DNA from: Octopus sinensis
Taxonomy: Eukaryota
Direction: 5' to 3'
Assembly (NCBI RefSeq): GCF_006345805.1
Contig: NW_021825373.1
Location: 1-15,832 of the forward strand
DNA length: 15,832 nucleotides
Shown one piece after another: positions 1-7,961 of this stretch (its first letter is position 1; each line of letters starts with the position of its first letter). Both the position numbers and the translations under genes were made by a program. The notes beneath the pieces were generated by a model. That model had not been told where the DNA came from. It worked only from the letters and a program-made list of their open reading frames with translations, and searched no databases.

Positions 1-88
1 ATAAGTCCTGGGGTCGATTTGTCGACTAAAGGCGGTGCTCCAGCATGGCCACAGTCAAATGACTGAAACAGATAAAAGAGTAAAAGAG
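1..88 (+). mobile_element. SINE family A, 3' end (cut by window edge)
   Basis: Matches the 3' ends at ~770-864, ~1560-1625 and ~13420-13500 (…gtcgatttg…ccagcatggccRcagtc…ctgaaaca…aaaagag). Confidence 0.85.
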
Positions 89-374
89 ATAGATAGATAA
101 ATAGATAGATTACGAGAACCTAAAGCCAAGTACATTCCACCAGGAACCATCCGCTCTTATTTTCTTTTATTTCAAACACAATATTTAAGGACTTCATAGG
201 CCAACGGTTTCCAAATTGACAAATGCCAGTACCCATCACATTCCTACAAAAAATGAAATTTTTACCTCCTCTCATTTTTTATTATTAACAAAACAAAATA
301 AAAGTCTGCATCCATATAATTCTTCATACTTTTGTTATATTCTTAGGAAAGTTTTTAAAGTTTTCTATCATCTA

Positions 375-547
375 GGCGCCGGCGTGGCTGTGTGGCAAAA
401 GGTTTGCTTCCCAACAACATGGTCCTGGGTTCAATCTCAATAAGTGGCACCTTGGGCAAATGTCTTCTACTATAGCTTCGAGTCGACCAAAGCCTTATGA
501 GTGGTTTCGGTAAACGGATACTAAGAAACAAGTCGTATATATATAAG

Positions 548-622
<75 letters not shown>

Positions 623-864
623 ATATGTGTATATATCTATGTGTGTGTGTCTTTGTATCTGTATTTTCTCCACTATCACTGCTTGACAACCGGCTTTGGA
701 GTTACGTTCGCGTAACTTAGCGGTTGGGCTAAAGGGCCCGATAGAATAAGTACTAGGCTATAAAAAAAATGCCTGGGTTCGATTTGTTTAAGTAAAACCC
801 CTCAAGGCGGTGTTCCAGTATGGCCGCAGTCAAATGACTGAAACAAGGAAAAGAATAAAAGAAT
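375..864 (+). mobile_element. SINE family A, full length (tRNA-derived head, CORE-like block, internal microsatellite; octopus OR-type-like)
   Basis: A-box-like TGGCTGTGTGG 385-395; B-box-like GGTTCAATC 428-436; CACCTTGGGCAAA 448-460 resembling the MIR/CORE ACCTTGGGCAAG block; internal (TA)/(TG) tract ~536-650; 3' half repeated many times in the window. Confidence 0.85.
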
Positions 865-865
865 A

Positions 866-1110
866 TGTGTGTGTGTGTGTTTGTGTTTGTGTCTGTCCAC
901 TGCCATCACCTGACAACCGGAGTTGGTGTGATTACATCCCCGTAACTTAGCCGTTCGGCATAATACACCGATGGAATAAGTACCATGCTTTACACAAAAA
1001 AGAAAAAAATATATCATAATAAGTACTTGGATTTGTTCGTTCAACTAAAGATTCTTCGACGCGGTGCCCCAGCATGGCCGCAGTCTAATCATTGAAACAA
1101 AAGATAGAGA
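866..1110 (+). mobile_element. SINE family A, 3' half without head
   Basis: (TG)n then tgacaaccgg…gtaacttag…gaataagtac…cagcatggccgcagtc…tgaaacaaaag, colinear with 650-864. Confidence 0.8.
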
Positions 1111-1155
1111 TTACCTTCTGAGCGAATTTCGCTGACCCAATCGTATAGAAGACCA

Positions 1156-1157
<2 letters not shown>

Positions 1158-1211
<54 letters not shown>

Positions 1212-1420
1212 ATGTATGTATGTATGTATGTGTATTTTATGTGTGTACATATACATACATGTGTGTGTATGTGTGTGTATATATATATATATACATGTGT
1301 GTGTGTGTATATATATGTGTGTTTGTGTGTGTGTGTATACACGTCTGTGTTTATAAATATATATACACACACACATGTAAGTATACAAGTGTATATGTAT
1401 GTGTGGTGTGTGTGTGTACA
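1158..1420. repeat. Compound (TG)n/(TATG)n/(TA)n microsatellite
   Basis: Directly visible; source of the HT/VC/YI-rich ORFs at 1085-1487. Confidence 0.95.
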
Positions 1421-1625
1421 TGAGTGTGTTTGTTCCCTACCATCACTTGACAACCGGTGTTGCTTTGTTTACATCTCCGTAACTTAGCAGTTCGGCAAAA
1501 TATAAAAAAAAAACAAGAATAAAACGAAAACACTTGAGTCTAATTCTCTGACTTAAAACCCTTCAAAGCCAGTGCCTGCAGCATGGCCGCTGTCCTAAAA
1601 CCGAAACAAGTAAAAGATTAAAGAT
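1420..1625 (+). mobile_element. SINE family A, 3' half without head
   Basis: cttgacaaccggtgttg…gtaacttagcagttcggcaaaa…aaaacccttcaa…gcagcatggccgc…gaaacaagtaaaaga. Confidence 0.8.
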
Positions 1626-1924
1626 TAATGATTAAAGATAGCAAGATAACAATTCGGCAACCGTGTCAATTTTTGTCTGCTACCTTTTTCAAACCTCATA
1701 GCTTTTCACCTTTTCTGAAAAAACACTGACATAGTCGAAATCATCATTTCTTTTCCTAAAACGGTAGTGCTCAAACAGCGCACCACATCGGGTATCTAGG
1801 TGCGCCTCGGATTATCTAAAGTTTAATAAGTTGAGACTTTAGAAAATCGATTGTAATGCGTAAGCGAGTTGAAAAAAAAAATTCTTATTCATAATTTTAT
1901 TGTACACAAGTATGGATAAAGATG

Positions 1925-2007
1925 GCGATCGTTGACTTTAGTACATCACTTTTATTTTCTTCAGTTGATGATAGATATCAAAGTGATGTCTGAAAATCAA
2001 TGATCGC
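1925..2007. other. 83-nt imperfect inverted repeat / hairpin
   Basis: Arms 1925-1952 and 1980-2007 are complementary at 23 of 28 positions (2 of the 5 non-matches are G-U compatible on +), with a 27-nt loop. Confidence 0.75.
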
Positions 2008-2157
2008 TGCGTATGTTATTTTTCTTTTTCTTTCTTTTTTCATAATTTTGTTGGTTAAATTTTTAACCTTAAGCCGTGATTTTTCAAAACATCCACAGAA
2101 AGTGTACCAGTAGGTAATTTATTATCATCATCATCATCATCATCACACTGTATATAA

Positions 2158-2166
2158 AATAGTGTG

Positions 2167-2210
<44 letters not shown>

Positions 2211-2411
2211 TTATTATTATTATTATTTTCGCTTATATATTCAATTACTTTTTCTTTGGTCTGTGGTGGATCACGAAGAGCAAAAATAATGAGAACCTTT
2301 GAAGCAGAGTGCAAACTAAGGGAGATTTTCGCTGTTCTTCATGAAACCGACAAGGGCCGAGTACCTTTTGTTGTGCACGCACGCACGCACCCATGCACAC
2401 ACACACATACG

Positions 2412-2452
<41 letters not shown>

Positions 2453-2483
2453 CTATATATATATATATATAATAGTGTGCATT
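2158..2483 (-). mobile_element. Short retrotransposed insertion with (AAT)n tail and 13-bp target-site duplication
   Basis: AATAGTGTGCATT at 2158-2170 and 2471-2483; (ATT)n run 2168-2227 abuts the left copy, i.e. an (AAT)n 3' tail on the minus strand. Confidence 0.65.
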
Positions 2484-2641
2484 TAAACACAAGAGAAAAC
2501 TACTTTTAACAGGTAATTTTACACGCTAGAAGAAGCAGTTAAAACAACCAACAAAAACCACATTGAGAGCACTTTTCGAAGGGAATGAAAAATAAAACTT
2601 TTACCTGTTATTTCTTGCGGTTATACTAGGTTTTAATTACT

Positions 2642-3165
2642 TTATATATATATATATATCTATATATATATATATCTATATATATATATATATAAGCCTC
2701 TGATACAATGTTCTCTCCGGACAGTACAATCTTCTCATACACACATATACATACACACATATACATACATACATACATACATACATACATACACAAAGGA
2801 GAAAGCTAATTCGAAGACTACAGATCCAATCCATCACTGGAACTGTAAAAATCCGTAAAACTTTCCACAAATTTAGCATTTAAATATATATATGTATATA
2901 TATATGAGCATGTCTAGGTGTGCAACTATATGCATGCGAATACATACATAAAACATACAAATCTGCACATACATACATACATACATACATACATACATAC
3001 ATACATACATACATAAAAAACACCCTGTAGTTGATGTTGAAATTCCAATGAAGGAACTTTGAATCTAGGTTAGAAACCGGTTCTTTCTCTATTGGCAAGA
3101 AATGTTGAAATAAACGGAATAATGTCATACATACCTACCTACCTACATACATGCATATATATGCA
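2642..3165. repeat. Cluster of (TA)n and (TACA)n microsatellites with short unique spacers
   Basis: Tracts at ~2642-2693, 2737-2794, 2884-2905, 2937-3014 and 3126-3165. Confidence 0.9.
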
Positions 3166-3245
3166 CGCAATCAAGTTTAGTGCTCCATTTCTGACACTGT
3201 ATATTTCGTGTTATATTATATTGCTTTGTGTCTTATCTTAAGACA

Positions 3246-3287
3246 GTAGGGTGCGATTCGAGGGAGTTTTGGCTGCTGTGACTAGCA
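3246..3287 (-). repeat. Short dispersed repeat, related to copies at ~9009-9048, ~9097-9119 and ~9343-9370
   Basis: Reverse complement tgctagtcacagcagccaaaactccctcgaatcgcaccctac aligns with tagatacagcaaccaaatttctctcaaattacagcctac (9010) and cagccaaatcaccctcgaatcac (9346). Confidence 0.55.
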
Positions 3288-3501
3288 TCCCGATAAAACA
3301 ACATCGAGGCTCTTTCGTTGGTTTGTCTCTCTATTATGTCGATTATTTATATATGTATGTGTGTGTACGTGTGTGTGCGTATCAGTTTGCCAGAGTATGT
3401 GTAAACACTCACACAAATACATTGACATGCATATAAAACAGGAGCTTAAATAAACGTAAGGAGCGGAGTATTATATAAGAATTATATTATTTGTCCGCAA
3501 A

Positions 3502-3880
3502 AGCGGCGAGCTGGTAGAAACGTTAGCACACCGGGCGAAATCTTAGCAGAATTTCGTCTGTCGCTACGTTCTTTGGTCGACTTTGCCTTTCATCCTTTCG
3601 GGGGTCGATTAAATAAGTACCAGTTACGCACTGGCGTCGATGACTTAATCCGTTTGTCTGTCCTTGTTTGTCCTCTCTGCGTTTAGCCCCTTGTGGGTAG
3701 TAAAGAAATAGGTATTTCGTATGTCTTTACGTTCTGAGTGCAAATTCCGCCGAGGTCGACTTTACCTTTCATCCTTTCGGGGTCGATAAATTAAGTACCA
3801 GTTGTGTACTGGGGTCGATCCAATCGACTGGCCCCTCTCCCAAAATTTCGGGTCTTGTGCCTAGAGTAGAAAGGATTATG
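3502..3880 (+). mobile_element. SINE family B, two-core form, with target-site duplication
   Basis: Head gcggcgagctggtagaaacgttagc; core gtcgacttt(g/a)cctttcatcctttcgggg occurs twice (~3577 and ~3756) separated by a ~70-bp spacer; tail ctagagtagaaaggattat; TSD TTGTCCG(C/T)AAA at 3491-3501 and 3881-3891. Confidence 0.9.
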
Positions 3881-3881
3881 T

Positions 3882-5130
3882 TGTCCGTAAATGATAGCAC
3901 ATCGTTGAACAAATGATTAATAAGATCTACTCAAGTTGGTATTCTTTGAATTTTTATTCCTCTTGACCGCTAGTCCTCAGTGTCCCAGAATTCGTTGGGC
4001 GCAGGGGAATAGCGGGCAAAGATACAGATATCATTCGTCATCAGTACAGGGTCAATGGGCTGTGCTGAAATATGCGGTCTTGTTGGCTTCTATAACCGAG
4101 AAATATCTAGAAAGAAAATTACCACAATTAATACTAACATCCAGAGAGATAATAGATTGGCTGTACTGCAATGTGGCATTGTTAATACCTTAAAAATTTA
4201 TGGACTAAAAATAACTATCACCAGTAACATTAACATCATAACTTTATAAGGTGTTGTCTTGATGCTAACTACATCTAAGTGTATGCCTCATGCAAACCCA
4301 ATGGGAAATTCACGTTAATATAGACTTTTGTCATTCACTCATAGTTTTCAAAAACTTGATCAACAATATTAGTGGCAGAATCTTCAACACAGGTCTGAAA
4401 AAAATATTTGATAAGGTGGTTTTCAAATACTATAAATGATTAGAAACCGTTAGATTCAAAGATAACATTACACATAACCCTAATTCCCAGCATCCAAACC
4501 AAGGTGAAGACGCCGCTACATCATCTTTCATAACTCCTCTTCCCGGAAATGTTTTGTCTAATATAAGGAAAAATTTCATCTTAAATAGATAAAAGTTCGC
4601 TGTCAGCCACTGTCATAGAAAATTATTCAATAGGAACAATCTTAAACTGAAATACAGCTGTAGTTCTACTGTGAAAAAACATTATAACATGTAAACCAAA
4701 TAAGTTAACTAAGGTTATCTACACGAATAGTACCACAAATGTATGTCCCCTTCTTATATTATGTAACACCGAAGCAGTTATTTATGAAGCAGAAGTCATT
4801 TCCTCCTAACAAATCTTAACATCGTGCATATACACCGTCTGTATGATACACGGGAAATATGAACGAAGATGTTTTAATAATACTTCTTCCTTCAGAAATA
4901 TGGAAAGCAGGTGTACAGCTAAACAATCCAATCAAATCCACCGGAACGTCGAAAGAATATGCTACACATTTTAGTATATGGAGAAATAACTAAGTGCAGT
5001 TACATCAATATGCAATATATTATGCTTGTGAGAACTTTTAACCTAGACAGCATTACCGAAAATCCCACATACTACGAACGGTTATTCAACGGATATTTCA
5101 ATAACAAGTTGACGTTAGTTGTTAAGATAA
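3882..5130 (+). pseudogene. Decayed Penelope-like retroelement: RT C-terminal half, thumb/linker and GIY-YIG endonuclease
   Basis: Manual translation shows PLE motifs in order: GCAEICGLVGFY (cf. DGAEICELVGLY, from 4058); QRDNRLAVL 4142-4168 (decayed YRDDGLAVL); GLKITITSN; FITPLPGNVLSNIRKNF…KLFNRNNLKLKYSC 4527-4661 (cf. FNPPYSKNV.TNIGK.F…KIFNRNT.K.SYSC); CPLLILCNTEAVIYEAEV 4744-4797; YTVC…NNTSSFRN. Several stops and frameshifts. Confidence 0.85.
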
Positions 5131-5190
5131 TTGCTTAGCGTTTGCTGGGTAAGGAATTTGAAGTTACGGTGTGTCGCTGTTAACAGATTA

Positions 5191-5192
<2 letters not shown>

Positions 5193-5234
<42 letters not shown>

Positions 5235-5280
5235 TGTGTGTGCGTGCGTATTATATATATATTCTTATATATACATATAT

Positions 5281-5313
<33 letters not shown>

Positions 5314-5457
5314 TATATACACATATATATTTATATACATATTTCTCTACATATATATATATATATATATATAATATAATATATATGCATACATACATAC
5401 AATATACATACATACATACATAGATATATATTTATATATACATACATATATATATAA
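5193..5457. repeat. Compound (TG)n/(TA)n/(TACA)n microsatellite
   Basis: Directly visible. Confidence 0.95.
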
Positions 5458-5596
5458 AACTAAAGTTCGTTCGCAGTTGTAGGTCCCACCCTACACTCCT
5501 ATATCCAGTGCAGTGCACTGCGAGGCATCAAACCACAGGATAGGCTAGTGAACAGAATATGAGCCACGTAACAGTATCAATAAAATACAGAAAAAA

Positions 5597-5618
5597 TATG
5601 TACGTGTGTGTGTGTATG

Positions 5619-5655
<37 letters not shown>

Positions 5656-5740
5656 GTGTGTGTATATGTATATATACATGCGTACACATATAAATACACA
5701 TACATAAATAAACGTAAACACACATGTATGTACGAACACG
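5597..5740. repeat. Compound (TG)n/(TA)n/(CA)n microsatellite
   Basis: Directly visible. Confidence 0.9.
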
Positions 5741-5744
5741 CACG

Positions 5745-5880
5745 TTTTTATGATGACTGTTGCGTTCTAGTTTTTTTCATTTTTATCAAACTGTTTTTCA
5801 TATTTTCGTTCGAGTTACTTTCAGTTTGTTTAGAACAGTTCCTAAATCCATTATCAACATTTCTAGATCTTCACAGTCTC
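5745..5880 (-). mobile_element. Probable 5'-ORF fragment of a Penelope-like element; paralogue of 10300-10450
   Basis: Shares TTCATATTTTCGT (5797-5809), AGTTCCTAAATCCAT (5837-5851) and acat.tctag.tc.tcacag with the second copy. Minus translation with one shift: MDLGTVLNKL…RKYEKQFDK…NATVIIKTC. Family assignment rests on recalled resemblance. Confidence 0.45.
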
Positions 5881-6230
5881 ATCTCCATGTTGAAGTACGT
5901 GCTGGTGTGTATGGCATGTTCTTTATAATAGAAAAAAAAAAAAGCCAATGTAATTGGTGTCAAGATTATCACGAAGTCACACCGTTATATAAACATATGA
6001 TATACACTCAGGGTTCGTGAATGATACACTGGTCGTACAGATCACAGCGGAAAGGCGTTGAAAAATGAAAGGAGCTCCTAAATAGTACACATAAAGCTCC
6101 AAGCGATACAAAGGCTCCATTTCTATATATAAGCATTCAGAGAGAAGATAACACATACATCACGTCCGGTTACACTAGAGACGTGAATGAAGGTATAAAC
6201 ATTTACAGTGAGGCTTTCTTTTTTTGTTTT

Positions 6231-6445
6231 TTTACCTTTTAATTGTTTCCGTTATTGGATTGCGGCCGTACTGGAGCACCATCTCGACGGGTTTAATCGA
6301 GCGGATATAGCTTAGTACTACCTTTTCAGAGTTCGGTAGTTATTGTTTTGATCTCTTTTGCCGAATCATTAAGTTACGGGTGGGGGGTGGGGGTGGGGGC
6401 TAATTAAACCACCAGAGTTTGTCAAATGGTGACGAGGAACACACA
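6231..6445 (-). mobile_element. SINE family A, diverged 3' half
   Basis: ttgtttc…gattgcggccgtactggagcacc…ctcttttgccgaa…taagttacggg…gtcaaatggtg is the reverse complement of the family A 3' half. Confidence 0.75.
6378..6399 (+). other. G-quadruplex-forming motif
   Basis: GGG-T-GGGGGG-T-GGGGG-T-GGGGG: four G-runs with 1-nt loops. Confidence 0.7.
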
Positions 6446-6451
6446 CGTACA

Positions 6452-6483
<32 letters not shown>

Positions 6484-6535
6484 CATACACACACACATAC
6501 ATACATACATACATACATATACATACATACATATA
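6440..6535. repeat. (TACA)n microsatellite
   Basis: Directly visible; a matching tract at 6730-6802 flanks the other side of the 6537-6729 element. Confidence 0.9.
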
Positions 6536-6536
6536 T

Positions 6537-6729
6537 CGCCATGATAGATCGTTAGCCACTACACACATTTTTTTTTCTCTCCCTGTTTATTTCTGTGTCC
6601 CTTTCTGTAGAAGAGCGTAGGCTCGAAACGTAAAAGACTTTTTCTATTCCTGAGCGTTATACTAATACATCTGTTTGTTTTGTACACCACCTGTCTTCGT
6701 CTTTTGTTTTTTTCGTAAACTCTCCCTAT
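6537..6729 (+). mobile_element. Short non-coding element between (TACA)n tracts, probably Penelope pLTR-derived, carrying a hammerhead-like motif
   Basis: GTCCCTTT-CTGTAGAA-GAGC-GTAG-GCTC-GAAACGTA-AAAGAC at 6597-6638; sharp boundaries against microsatellites; no ORF. Confidence 0.6.
6597..6638 (+). ncRNA. Degenerate minimal type I hammerhead-ribozyme-like motif
   Basis: Core CTGtAGA (A6 replaced by U) 6605-6611; helix II GAGC/GCTC with GTAG loop 6613-6624; GAAA 6625-6628; palindromic ACGT helix III; GUA triplet ending 6632; short helix I TTT/AAA plus GTC/GAC. Confidence 0.45.
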
Positions 6730-6771
6730 GCATGCATACATACATACATACACACTACATACATACATACA

Positions 6772-6802
<31 letters not shown>

Positions 6803-7090
6803 CTAAAATCAGGAAATGGAGTAAATAAAATCCAGGCTTCATATGTTTCATAGCTAGCCGAACCTCAAAAGTAGTATTTGTCCAAACGAGGGGTAACCCG
6901 TTAGCTACTCGTCAAGCCAAATATATCTCAATCAAATTAAAGTTTACACTGTCGTCAAGGAATCCCATGTTGACTCGCAGGAGAGTTCCAGAGTATAAAT
7001 ATAAGTGTTGAGGTCGATTTGTCTGACTAAAACCCTTCATGAACTCAGAGAATGATCGAAGCAAGTAAAAACAAATCAAAATGTCTTTAA

Positions 7091-7296
7091 CCCTTCTCTT
7101 ATCAAATTTCTGTTGAAATTCACTGGCTCTGTTTTAATTTTTAAATAATGAAGAGTTCAGTAAAACATATTTTTCATTATTGATCTGATGTTTAAAACAT
7201 AAATTTTCATGAAACTTTGATATAAGGTTTTAATTTAGATCACTTAAAAACAAGAAATTCGTATTAAAGAACCAGGAGCAGCTGGTATGAATAAGG
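7091..7296. mobile_element. piggyBac-like MITE (degenerate)
   Basis: TTAA at 7087-7090 and 7297-7300; ends CCCTTCTCTTATCA versus reverse-complemented right end CCTTATTCATACCA; AT-rich non-coding interior. Confidence 0.55.
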
Positions 7297-7961
7297 TTAA
7301 AATACAATATTTGATGCCATAAAAGACGCAGAGTCATAAAAGACGGTCTCCAATTTCAGCAAAACATACTCTGGAAAGAAATTTTTAGTGCATTAAAACT
7401 TATAGGAGGCATAACCCAGCATACAGGACTCAGAGAGATTCTTTCTTTTTTTTTCTTAACAAAAGAAAAAATGCGTCTTATATAATATCAAATAAATCAC
7501 ACATAAATTGTATGATATAAATCTAATGCATACTAATTAAGGAATAAATCAATGCATACAATACCCTCATATAACAGAACACAAAATTCATTGCAATAAA
7601 CCGTAAATTAAAACTATACATAAAAAGACTAAAATTATAAACCATTTTTTAAAATCAAGAACTAACCGTAAACATATAAAACCAAGAACAAGATACAGAT
7701 GTCTGTGATAGCAAACGTAAAAGTTGTAAACTTCACGACTCCAAAAATGTTATATTGGCCATACAAGTACAACCCTCTCCTGGCAGTTTACTATGCACTA
7801 TCAATAAAGAGCATTTGCAATGCGCCAAATTACACAAAGCAGAACAAGATAGGAAGCCACTCACCACAAATAAAAATCTTCAGTCGACAAATGACGTATA
7901 AGTTTAAGAGACAAACATCAAATGGATATGGTACGGTTGGAATGGATTTTATTATAGGTCT

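Noticed and set aside
1121-1133. Short palindromes/inverted repeats: AGCGAATTTCGCT, GCAGTGCACTGC (5510-5521), TAACAGGTAA/TTACCTGTTA (2507, 2601); direct repeat CATAAAAGACG (7318, 7335)
   Set aside because: Too short and isolated to exceed chance expectation in 16 kb, with no supporting context.
495-1533. Many 60-120 aa ORFs rich in HT/VC/YI dipeptides (also 2245-2490, 5171-5928, 6426-6792, 7830-8443, 9433-9856, 11636-11818)
   Set aside because: They are stop-free readings of (TG)/(TA)/(TACA) microsatellites and SINE bodies, with no protein-like content.
1710-1755. Minus-strand 46-nt exon candidate (KRNDDFDYVSVFSEK), and 7865-7959 ending in GTGAGT
   Set aside because: Splice signals are compatible with chance in AT-rich DNA; no recognisable homology or consistent phase chain.
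3021-3128. Non-repetitive island within ORF 2880-3128 (MTLFRLFQHFLPIEKEPVSNLDSKFLHWNFNINYRV)
   Set aside because: It looks like an interspersed repeat between TACA tracts, but there is no second copy in the window and I cannot assign a family or coding role.
4472-4557. Convincing-looking minus-strand exon KTFPGRGVMKDDVAASSPWFGCWELGLC with AG/GT ends
   Set aside because: It is the antisense of the Penelope-like linker (FITPLPGNVLSNIRKNF), which the ordered + strand motifs explain better.
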